From: an uncultured candidate division Zixibacteria bacterium
GTDB taxonomy: Bacteria > Zixibacteria > MSB-5A5 > GN15 > FEB-12
Reading direction: 5' to 3'
Assembly (NCBI GenBank): GCA_963806185.1
Contig: CAWDXE010000001.1
Location: forward strand, 704,001 to 768,000
Length of the DNA stretch: 64,000 bases
Made by a program: the position numbers and the translations under genes. Positions 1-8,301 of the stretch are shown one piece after another. How positions within the stretch are numbered: the stretch's first letter is position 1; each line of letters opens with the position of its first letter. A model generated the notes under the pieces. The model was not told the DNA's origin and did not search any database. It saw nothing but the letters and a program-made list of their open reading frames with translations.

Positions 1-145
1 ACCACAACTGTTTGCCGTCAAACGCCAGCCCCTGCGGGCAACGATACGGCGACGCAATCGAGCGAACAGTATCGCCCGGCGTGGCCAAGATGCTCCCGGC
101 CAGAATCTGAATAGTCAGAATAACGCAGATTAGTAAGCTCTTCAT
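1..145 (-). CDS. N-terminal part of a secreted protein with a beta-propeller-like repeat (possibly transglutaminase-associated); runs off the window edge
   Basis: Not in the ORF track. Manual translation from ATG at 145 gives MKSLLICVILTIQILAGSILA-TPGDTVRSIASPYRCPQGLAFDGKQLW..., with a GAGGAG RBS upstream. Signal peptide plus a 'P.GLAFDG..LW' propeller-blade motif. Confidence 0.75.
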   Translation of the reverse strand, partial: MKSLLICVILTIQILAGSILATPGDTVRSIASPYRCPQGLAFDGKQLW

Positions 146-474
146 GAGATTCTCCTCTGAACAGGACGCCAAAACCGACGCCGATGGTCTGGTAATATTG
201 AAAATATGATAGCGTTTGTGGCGATGCTGTCAAGAGAATCAAGACAAGTGAGTGGTGCTGTGTCTTCATGATCTTATCCTTAAGGTGAAATCGGTGAAGA
301 ACAGTGTTCTTTCGGCCCGTGATGGCCCTGGCTGTACTGCCGCGACGTTGACTTTGTGCTTGCCAGCCTCTATAGTGTTGCGAAATCTCGAATCACGAGC
401 GTGACGCATCCGCCTTATGCGGCCGTAGATCATGAATCAATCGCAGCATCACAACACGTGTGAGGAATTCCTAT

Positions 475-1467
475 ATGCCGAGATATGCTATTCCGGTCAT
501 CACTGCCATGGTCGCGTTTTGCACTTTGCTTCTTTTCGTCTCTTGTGCAGATGACAAATCGACCAATCCCGCCTCCGCGCCCGTGTTAGTCACCGTCGTT
601 GCCAGCACAGTAACGCAGACTACAGCTCAGTGTGGAGGGAATATTACCTCTGACGGTGGATCAACTCCGACGGCGCGGGGTGTATGCTGGAGTACCGGCG
701 CAACACCAACGGTGGCTGATAGCAAGACAACGGATGGCTCCGGAACGGGGAGTTTTGTCAGCTCGATTACCGGTTTGTCCGGTCGCACACCCTATTATTT
801 CAGGGCTTATGCCACCAACAGTACCGGGACCGGCTACGGCAGCATTCTGTCGTTCACCACGACGGATTCGATGGGGTCAGTGACGGACATCGATGGAAAC
901 ACGTACCGGACGGTAAAAATAGGCAGCCTATGGTGGATGGCTGAGAATCTCAAGGTTACCCACTATCGGAACGGCATTGCCATACCGAATGTCACCGACA
1001 GCGCGACCTGGGGAGATCTACTCTCCGGCGCCTACTGCGATCCGGCGAATGCCGCCACCAACGTAGCCGTGTACGGTCGATTGTATAATTTCTATGCGGT
1101 GAACGACAGCAGCATTCTCGCACCGGCCGGATGGCATGTGGCAAGTGACGCAGAGTGGCAAACGTTGGTTGATTATAACAGCGGGGATAGCGTGGCGGGC
1201 GGCAAACTGAAGGAAACTGGAACGACCCATTGGATTACCCCCAACGCCGGAGCTACCAACGAATGCGGCTTTTCCGGCTTGCCGGCCGGCTTCCGCTGGC
1301 CCACTGGCGGTTTCTACGGTTTGGGCGCCCATGGCAACTTCTGGACCGCGACTGGGGCCAGCGGCGTCACGGCATGGTATCGCTACATGCACTGCACGAA
1401 TACTGAAGTGGGTCATTTCAGTTCGTCGCTGCAGGCTGGTTTTGCTGTCCGCTGTGTCAGGGATTGA
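475..1467 (+). CDS. FISUMP (Fibrobacter succinogenes major paralogous) domain lipoprotein with N-terminal FN3-like domain
   Basis: Lipobox VSC; 'DIDGNTYRTVKIGSLWWMAENL', 'YGRLYNF', 'APAGWHV' and C-terminal 'AVRCVRD' motifs; GAGG RBS before ATG 475. Confidence 0.9.
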   Translation: MPRYAIPVITAMVAFCTLLLFVSCADDKSTNPASAPVLVTVVASTVTQTTAQCGGNITSDGGSTPTARGVCWSTGATPTVADSKTTDGSGTGSFVSSITGLSGRTPYYFRAYATNSTGTGYGSILSFTTTDSMGSVTDIDGNTYRTVKIGSLWWMAENLKVTHYRNGIAIPNVTDSATWGDLLSGAYCDPANAATNVAVYGRLYNFYAVNDSSILAPAGWHVASDAEWQTLVDYNSGDSVAGGKLKETGTTHWITPNAGATNECGFSGLPAGFRWPTGGFYGLGAHGNFWTATGASGVTAWYRYMHCTNTEVGHFSSSLQAGFAVRCVRD

Positions 1468-1625
1468 GCGGCCCACGGGCAATGGAGCCGTACGAGCTTT
1501 ACGGTGAATCAGTTGAAACCTGCCGAGGTTAGTTGGAGAAGATGCAGCTGACGTGCCCCCTGTGGAGAGTTTCCACATTTGTCCTCAGGGGCATCGTAGC
1601 AGCCACTTGTGATTGACGGCAGGAC

Positions 1626-1778
1626 CTAGAATTGCAACCAACGCTGGCCGACATACATCCCCAACCCGGTGCCGACCATACTGAGAATGAAGGCTGTCAT
1701 CAGCCCAAACCGGGCTCCTACCCACCAGCCGAGCCAGCTACCCAATATTGACGCTAGCGTAATGAGGAGCTTTCTCAT
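1626..1778 (-). CDS. Small (50 aa) two-helix membrane protein
   Basis: Below the ORF-track cutoff. Manual translation: MRKLLITLASILGSWLGWWVGARFGLMTAFILSMVGTGLGMYVGQRWLQF*. Gly-zipper hydrophobic pattern; AAGGAG immediately upstream. Confidence 0.7.
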   Translation of the reverse strand: MRKLLITLASILGSWLGWWVGARFGLMTAFILSMVGTGLGMYVGQRWLQF

Positions 1779-1786
1779 ACTCCTTG

Positions 1787-1814
1787 ATTTCGGATGCGAT
1801 TGAGCAGAACTTTA
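1787..1814 (-). promoter_or_regulatory. Possible sigma28-like promoter for the small membrane protein
   Basis: Minus strand reads TAAAGTT...TCCGAAAT (TAAA-N16-tCCGAaAt), a partial match to TAAA-N15-GCCGATAA. Confidence 0.3.
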
Positions 1815-1836
1815 GTAACCAATTGGCTGTGGGCAA

Positions 1837-2655
1837 CTACCTGGCGAACATGATTCCGATGCCGATTCTGCTCAGAGACCTTTTATAGTCTACCAGACTC
1901 TCCCCGTACCCGTGCGAAATCCTGATGATGAAGTAGCTCATTTCGCTTCTGGGAACCGGCAGACTATACGTCAGCACGACACCTCCCTTGCCGGTACTTA
2001 TGTTCCCTCGAAGAGTCAGATGCAGCGTGTGATTCGACTTGGATTTGTGCGACAAGTGAATATCGCTGTATCCGAGATAGTCAGTAATATCGGGGTTATC
2101 ATCACCTACCGCATCGTCAGGGGATGTTTTTTCGTCCTCAGGCAGTCGATACCTCAGTTTGACATACAACAGGAAGTTTGGCTGGTAGTAATATGGGCAT
2201 GCATACAACAAGTTCCAGCTTCGTGAAATAGGAGGCTTCTGCCCGTTTGATTCATGCTCAAATCCCAGATCCGCGCCAACCTCTCCGGCGTGGAAGGGAA
2301 ATCGCTTGGTGCGGTAAAACAGCTCCGGGTTGTAGTTGGTCTCCCGAAATGGCGCCGAATTATGGTGATCATATGCCTGCCAGAAAGAGATCTGACTATA
2401 GGCAAAATATATCGGCGTGTTGAATATCCGGTACTTGGCGCTCACCTGAAACACGGCCTCTGTTGTTGCGCGCTTGTATTCGTCAGAAATCGTGACGGGC
2501 AACATGAACGTTTCTTTGTGCATGGACAAACCGGGCCCCGTCCGTATCATCTGAAACCTCTCCGGCGCCTCCTGTGCCCGGGCAGATACGGCCAGGAACA
2601 CCATTAACACCAGATGTCCAGCACGAATGTATTTGCCTTCGGCCGTAGGTCTCAT
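1837..2655 (-). CDS. pldA: Outer membrane phospholipase A1
   Basis: Catalytic 'EHESNG' motif, 'SAPFRETNYNPE', 'SRSWN' and 'GYGESLVDY'; GGAGG RBS before ATG 2655. Confidence 0.9.
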   Translation of the reverse strand: MRPTAEGKYIRAGHLVLMVFLAVSARAQEAPERFQMIRTGPGLSMHKETFMLPVTISDEYKRATTEAVFQVSAKYRIFNTPIYFAYSQISFWQAYDHHNSAPFRETNYNPELFYRTKRFPFHAGEVGADLGFEHESNGQKPPISRSWNLLYACPYYYQPNFLLYVKLRYRLPEDEKTSPDDAVGDDNPDITDYLGYSDIHLSHKSKSNHTLHLTLRGNISTGKGGVVLTYSLPVPRSEMSYFIIRISHGYGESLVDYKRSLSRIGIGIMFAR

Positions 2656-2739
2656 CGAAGCAACCTCCAAAGCAGCACACTGGTTTGTGCCGTGTTTCAA
2701 CGCTTTAGGTGCCGTTGCGGCTTCACTCGGACCAGGGAA

Positions 2740-3399
2740 TCAGAACCGATAGCCAAGAGTGAACGCCAGGCACCTGTTCTTCATGTAGTCGTCGGTTATC
2801 ATGTGGTAGATATCTGCGGGATCCTCAGCCTCCAACAATCGGTTCCATTCCGCCGGATCATAAGCGTTGACCATACCAACTGTATATCTGATATCGAACA
2901 CCAGATGTCGGTAGTCAACCGCCCCGCCAATGGCGATGCCGACATCAAAACCCTTCATGGCATTTTTGGTATCGATGACATCTGATATCACAGACCCCCT
3001 GAAGTCCGCCGACATCAGGATACTCATCGCCGGACCCAGGTACACTGACGGTTTCAGCTTGCCGTTAACCGACAGACAATACTTCAAGACCACCGGGACT
3101 TCCAGATAGTTGTGCCTCCAGCGTCGCCCGCCCAGGATGCCACCGCCGGCCCCTTTCTCAACGTAGATCAACTCCGGCTGCAACGCCACTTCTGGTGTGA
3201 GATTGTAAGTCAGGAAGACACCAATAACTGGCCCCGCGTAACTGTCATATCCCTCAAACTCATCGATCGATGTGCTGAGGGTAGAAAACCCGAGCCCCAG
3301 TTTAATCCCCTTGCCGGAGATTCCCGGGATCTTTCCCTCCGCCTGAACGCTCAGACACAGCACGAGTAGGATCGACAACGCGGCAAGAAACGGTTTCAT
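2740..3399 (-). CDS. Porin-family / outer membrane beta-barrel protein (OMP_b-brl_2/PorT-like)
   Basis: Signal peptide, 'LQPELIYVEKG', 'NYLEVPVVLKY', 'YLGP', 'DIRYTVG' and C-terminal aromatic 'LGYRF'. Confidence 0.8.
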   Translation of the reverse strand: MKPFLAALSILLVLCLSVQAEGKIPGISGKGIKLGLGFSTLSTSIDEFEGYDSYAGPVIGVFLTYNLTPEVALQPELIYVEKGAGGGILGGRRWRHNYLEVPVVLKYCLSVNGKLKPSVYLGPAMSILMSADFRGSVISDVIDTKNAMKGFDVGIAIGGAVDYRHLVFDIRYTVGMVNAYDPAEWNRLLEAEDPADIYHMITDDYMKNRCLAFTLGYRF

Positions 3400-3939
3400 G
3401 ATCTGTCCTTTCCTATTTGTGTCCGGCCTCACACTCCGGATGTGTGGCCACCCTGAGCCGGAAATAGCTTTTATCCGGACGAATTCCCCGGCTTGGGTTA
3501 CGGTGATTCAATGAGAACATGCCAACGGGAGGTCCGAAAACATTCATACAATTTCGTACGTCCGCACAGAAGTGCCTCATCATAGTTGCAATCGAAAGAG
3601 TCGTCATGATGACACCCGGTGCCGACCTTTTCCCGAATTACCGTTAACAGAATTGCCAATGTCACCATAGTAATGTGGTCAACGAGCGCAATGCAATATT
3701 GAATACCGGCCGGGAGATGACGCCATCAGATTGGCGAAACGGAAAAGCCTATAGAATCAGTATGATATCTCTTGAGATGTGTTTTTGTCAGACTCAACTG
3801 TGGCGTGATGAGTCTTCGTACCCGGTATGATGTCAATTCGCTGGACGGAATCGTTGTCGTGGATTCACACGCCAGTATGGACTGAGAATTGGCCGGTGTT
3901 GGTGTTGCCTTCAACGGAGATGGAGTTGTGGACGGCAAT

Positions 3940-5562
3940 TCATGAAAGGGGGAAGCGAAATTCAAACGTGGTCCCGAATCCGATCCGACTCTCAATCGAT
4001 ACCCCGGCCCCGTGATTCTCAAGAATTCGGGCACAGGTCGTCAAGCCGTAACCATGTCCCTGCGGCTTGGTAGTGAGGTGGATCTTGAACAATTTCTCCC
4101 TCACCTCGGGAGTCATTCCCCTACCGTTGTCCGAAACCCGGAGAACCAGCTCACCTTTGTCCAGACACGTGGACACGATAATGATGCCGTCGCGACGACC
4201 GGTCTCGAGGATGGCGTCGGCCGCGTTATTGATGATATTGATAATCACCTGAGCAATCTGATCCCGGTCCACCTGCAGCTCGGGCAGCTGCGGAGTCAGA
4301 TTGGCATTCAGTTTTATGGCACTGAATCTCTTCTGGATAGCCGCGAACGATATCACATCGGTGACGATATCGTTCATTAACGCGGGCAGCTTCTGCGGAT
4401 TAATTCGAGCATAGTCCATCAGACCGGCTGTGAATCGCTCCATGCGGGTGACACTGTCGCGCAATTTGACAAGTGTTTCTTTGAGCTTGGGTTGATTCCC
4501 CCGGTCCAACGCGATCATCGCCAGTTCAACGCCCCCAAGAATCATCCCCAGATGGTTGTTCAGCTCGTGAGATATAGACGACGCCATGACACCTCGTTCG
4601 GCAAATTTCTCCAGCTCAAACATCCGGCGTTCGTTACTGATTTCTTCTGTCTTGTCGTCCAGCGTGATGATCATACCCTTTTCGGACGCCGAGAGCTCAA
4701 CACCGAGGCGCACGCTGACGCTGAACACTCGTTCTCCATCCGCACCCTTCGCAATCATCGCCGCAGGCAAACGGGCCGATTGATCCGTCTGAAGCTTGCG
4801 CAAGCGCTCAGCCCATCCGGCGTAGACGTCATCGGGAAATACGGTTTCAATGCTTCCACCGATTTCGAGGGAGTCTCCGGCTCTGCCCCTCGTTGACGCC
4901 GTCAGGTCATTGGCCGCCCGGTTGGCGGAAACCAGCGTGCCGCCGCTGTCGAACACGAGCATCGCCTGGCGGACACTGTCAAGAATTTGAATGTGGCGCG
5001 CACTCAATGCTGCCATCTCGGCGTAAATTACGGTGGTTGCGAGAAGCGGCGTGATGCTGGCGACGAAATGCTGAAGGAGTTGGAGATTCTCGTCAGAACA
5101 CTCCCGGTCTCCGACGCAGGGCCCCATCAGGATAGCGCCGATCGCCGAATCGTTCACGACCAGGGGCACAAATAACCGTACGCCCAGCGTTTTCCACTCC
5201 ATCAGAATCTCAGCGTCACCGTCATCCGGATTGAGCTCACTCAAATCAATCGGCCGGGGGGCGGCCATGGCCTCTGCAAATCTCAGCGCGGCGCGAAGGT
5301 GCCCTATACTGACCGACCACCCGCGAAATTTCCCTATTGCAGAGTGGGTGACCTTCCGAGTATCGAGATTGTTGTTTCGGGTCAAAATCACCGCACTGGT
5401 GACGGCGAACTGACCTGCCACCGACAGGGCGACCGAATCAATGAGTGTCTGCAGATCGGGGTTGTGAGCAAACTGGTCGGCGAGGCTGGACAGGGCCTCG
5501 AAGCCGAGCACTTTGCGCTCTTGCTCGTATGACCGGTCTGCGTACGTCGGCGTATTGCTCAT
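3940..5562 (-). CDS. Cytoplasmic GAF/PAS sensor histidine kinase
   Basis: H-box 'SISHELNNHL', N-box 'NIINNAADA', G1 'SDNGRGM', G2 'GHGYGL'; GAF-like 'LFVPLVVNDSAIGAILMG' and PAS-like 'ILDSVRQAMLVFD'; no TM segment. Start could extend to 5613. Confidence 0.88.
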   Translation of the reverse strand: MSNTPTYADRSYEQERKVLGFEALSSLADQFAHNPDLQTLIDSVALSVAGQFAVTSAVILTRNNNLDTRKVTHSAIGKFRGWSVSIGHLRAALRFAEAMAAPRPIDLSELNPDDGDAEILMEWKTLGVRLFVPLVVNDSAIGAILMGPCVGDRECSDENLQLLQHFVASITPLLATTVIYAEMAALSARHIQILDSVRQAMLVFDSGGTLVSANRAANDLTASTRGRAGDSLEIGGSIETVFPDDVYAGWAERLRKLQTDQSARLPAAMIAKGADGERVFSVSVRLGVELSASEKGMIITLDDKTEEISNERRMFELEKFAERGVMASSISHELNNHLGMILGGVELAMIALDRGNQPKLKETLVKLRDSVTRMERFTAGLMDYARINPQKLPALMNDIVTDVISFAAIQKRFSAIKLNANLTPQLPELQVDRDQIAQVIINIINNAADAILETGRRDGIIIVSTCLDKGELVLRVSDNGRGMTPEVREKLFKIHLTTKPQGHGYGLTTCARILENHGAGVSIESRIGFGTTFEFRFPLS

Positions 5563-5590
5563 GGCTATTTTGCTCGTTACATGACGCCTG

Positions 5591-5944
5591 TCAACGCGTG
5601 ACACAGACGGCAAGAGCGGCCTCTCTGGTTTCCTTGATAGACAGGAAGTCGAGCAGGTCGAGCACCCCTAACACGTGACTGATCGTAGCGGACACGTTGC
5701 ACAACACGATGTCGCCGCCCACGTCGCGGAAGGATTCAATGGTGCCGAGAATTGCTCCAACGCCCGCAGAAGAGAGAAACTCGAGCCTTTCGCAGTCCAG
5801 GATGACAAAGCCACAACCTCGCTGCCGTGCGCCTACGATGGCTTGAACGACTGCCTCGGCGTTGTTGTTATCAAGCATAGTACCGAGAAGGATCGAGCTG
5901 ATGTGCTCCGTGATCGGCTGTTCGCAAAAATTAGTCACACTCAT
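5591..5944 (-). CDS. STAS-domain anti-sigma factor antagonist (RsbV/SpoIIAA-like)
   Basis: 117 aa; 'ILDCERLEFLSSAGVG' carries the phosphorylatable Ser. Confidence 0.9.
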   Translation of the reverse strand: MSVTNFCEQPITEHISSILLGTMLDNNNAEAVVQAIVGARQRGCGFVILDCERLEFLSSAGVGAILGTIESFRDVGGDIVLCNVSATISHVLGVLDLLDFLSIKETREAALAVCVTR

Positions 5945-5945
5945 A

Positions 5946-6713
5946 TTAGCAGCGCCATTTCTTAGTCACGGTGAGGACATTGCGTGACTCTCCGTCACGT
6001 TCATAAGCAACACTATCGGCAAGCTGGTGAATCATCGGCAGTCCAAAACCTCTCTTCTGTCGGCTGTGGGATGCCGCAGCGGCATCGAGACGGTGTAGCT
6101 TGGCAGTTGGGTCGAAGTACTCTCCGGCATCGACGAACGTGATGGTCAGGGCATCTCCGTCGGCAACTGCGCGGACCTGAAATCTATCCTGCCCTGTTAA
6201 GCCGGAATGTATGCGAATATTTGTGGCAATTTCATAGAACATCGTACGCAGTTCCAGAATAGTGGTGGCACTGGCGTGGATATCCGCGAGAAACGCCATG
6301 AAACGGGCCAAGGCAGCGTCAATGTCGTCAATAACAGCCGGGATGTCGTCGGCAAACGACTTCGATGCCTCAAGCCTTGGCTGGTCGTGCTCCACCTGCC
6401 GCCCGAGCCATGGGGCGGCACCCTCGTATTCGAAGGCGTCCTCCAAATCCAGCAGTTGAAGAATTCTAAGAAGAGCCTGAGGTGGATTGGATAGTCGCAG
6501 AGGGATGCCATGATCATGACAAAGAGTATGCGCGCTCCAAAGCATGTTAATATGACTTGAGACTACGCGCTCAAGTGAACGGCAGTCCATCCTGAGCAGA
6601 GTGGGGTTGCCGGCGATTGCCTCACGCACCACCTGGTCGAAGCCACTCAGGGTGCCCGGCGAAATATCGCATGGCAGCAGAATAGTGTGAATCTGATTAG
6701 CGAGCAGCGACAT
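5946..6713 (-). CDS. STAS + RsbW/SpoIIAB-like Ser kinase (HATPase_c_2) fusion
   Basis: N-terminal STAS ('MDCRSLERVVSSHIN'); C-terminal 'EIATNIRIHS', 'FVDAGEYFDP' and 'RGFGLPMIHQLADSV'. Confidence 0.85.
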   Translation of the reverse strand: MSLLANQIHTILLPCDISPGTLSGFDQVVREAIAGNPTLLRMDCRSLERVVSSHINMLWSAHTLCHDHGIPLRLSNPPQALLRILQLLDLEDAFEYEGAAPWLGRQVEHDQPRLEASKSFADDIPAVIDDIDAALARFMAFLADIHASATTILELRTMFYEIATNIRIHSGLTGQDRFQVRAVADGDALTITFVDAGEYFDPTAKLHRLDAAAASHSRQKRGFGLPMIHQLADSVAYERDGESRNVLTVTKKWRC

Positions 6714-8301
6714 ACTGTCTTTCTTTCGGTGTATCTGTCGGTTGATTAGTGAGCCGTCGGGCCCATTTCAGTGAGACTAGGGTAATATCGTCGGCTTGTG
6801 GCGATGCACCCACAAATGACTCGATATCATCCATGATCGCTCGTGTGAAATCGGCCGCGGGCAGGGCCGCACTTCTGTTTGCGATCGATAAGAAGCGATC
6901 CATGCCGTATTCGGCATTGCTTGCGTTCATCGCCTCGTTGATTCCATCAGTGTAAAGGACGCACCAATCGTCATCTGCTAATTGAATCTGACCCGACTCG
7001 ATACGCCGGTCAAATTGATCGGCACTCATCAGTCCGAGCGGGTATCCCTTCGTCTTAATCAGTCTTTGCTCCTGCGTCGCCGACACGACGTGAATGAGTG
7101 GATTATGTCCGGCCGATGCGAATCTGAGTAATCCCGTGGTAGTGTCGAGTATACCGCAGAACATTGTCACAAACGTGCCCTTGCGCACTTCGGGTAACAG
7201 ATCCTTGTTGACGGCCGAAAGCAATTCGGCCGGTCCGACGCTTCGACGGGCATGCTTCAGGACCAGATCGCGAGTCAATAGCATAACCAGCATGCCGGGA
7301 AGAGATTTTCCGGACACGTCGCCGATGATGACGGCGAGTTTATCAGCTCCCAGCTCGATAAAATCAAAGTAATCACCCCCAACTGTCCGGGCGCTTCGAT
7401 AGGTTCCGGCAAATTGGTATCCGTCGCCCTCGGGATAGCTCTTGGGCAGGATATTCGATTGAATTTCACGAGCAATGTCAAGTTCGCGGCTCATGCGATC
7501 CGCTTCCACAGCCAGTTGTTTGGCATGCTCAAGCCTGGTCCCCATCACTCGAAGCGTGTCGGCCAGGAATCCGAATTCGTTCTTGTCGCGTACGGGCGGG
7601 TCCAGAGTCAGAGAACCCGTCTCGACGTTGCGTAGCGAATCGGTGATCAGGCTCAACGGCCTGAGCCGACGTCGGAGGACGACGGCGGTCAGAGCGACAC
7701 CTATGGCGGCCATGACCAGAGTAAACACCGACATGGTGACCAGGGCGGACCGTCGAACGGCAGCGATCTGACGTTTTGAGGAACTGGTGACAAGGGTTCC
7801 CAGAATCAGACCCTGTTCGATAATCGGCACGGCGACGATGATGGAGTCTGCGTTCACCTGGAGAATCTCGCCCTTGCGGAGCGTTCCGTCGTATCCGCTT
7901 GAGGGTATCAGGTGGAAACTTGTCCCGCTGATAACCTGCCGCATATCGGTATGCGCCAGAAACCTGCCATCACCGCCGGCGATCGCGGCCCAGCCGCAAG
8001 GCGGACTCTCAGCTTTTAACTTGCTGCAGATATCGGTTAGCATGAGGACATCGGGGCCGTCTGCGGCAATCACTTGCTTTGCGGCCGCACCCGCTGATGA
8101 CCGCGCCTGGACGAGCAACGTTTCCACGACATTCTGAGTGACGGTCGTCACCAGCTTGTTAGTTATAATGATTCCTGTCACGAGCATGAGGATGACAACC
8201 AGACCGCCGACATAGATTGCGAACTCACGCCGGATCGAACGCCGGTATTTCGACGCCGATGGCCAGGGGAGCATTGGATCTTTCGGGGCCTCACTCGTCA
8301 T
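6697..8301 (-). CDS. Membrane-bound HAMP + SpoIIE/PP2C (RsbU-like) protein phosphatase
   Basis: Two TM helices flank a ~130-aa extracytoplasmic domain; HAMP ('RPLSLIT...NEFGFLA'); PP2C motifs 'VGGDYFD', 'IGDVSGKS', 'SAGHNP', 'YTDGINEA' and 'DDITL'. Confidence 0.92.
   Translation of the reverse strand: MTSEAPKDPMLPWPSASKYRRSIRREFAIYVGGLVVILMLVTGIIITNKLVTTVTQNVVETLLVQARSSAGAAAKQVIAADGPDVLMLTDICSKLKAESPPCGWAAIAGGDGRFLAHTDMRQVISGTSFHLIPSSGYDGTLRKGEILQVNADSIIVAVPIIEQGLILGTLVTSSSKRQIAAVRRSALVTMSVFTLVMAAIGVALTAVVLRRRLRPLSLITDSLRNVETGSLTLDPPVRDKNEFGFLADTLRVMGTRLEHAKQLAVEADRMSRELDIAREIQSNILPKSYPEGDGYQFAGTYRSARTVGGDYFDFIELGADKLAVIIGDVSGKSLPGMLVMLLTRDLVLKHARRSVGPAELLSAVNKDLLPEVRKGTFVTMFCGILDTTTGLLRFASAGHNPLIHVVSATQEQRLIKTKGYPLGLMSADQFDRRIESGQIQLADDDWCVLYTDGINEAMNASNAEYGMDRFLSIANRSAALPAADFTRAIMDDIESFVGASPQADDITLVSLKWARRLTNQPTDTPKERQYVAAR

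Noticed and set aside
18..269. 83-aa minus-strand ORF in the track
   Set aside because: It overlaps, out of frame, a better gene (ATG 145) that has an RBS, a signal peptide and a recognisable motif.
1664..1677. 14-bp match ACCCGGTGCCGACC, also found near 3614
   Set aside because: Short, only two copies, one inside a coding region; compatible with chance.
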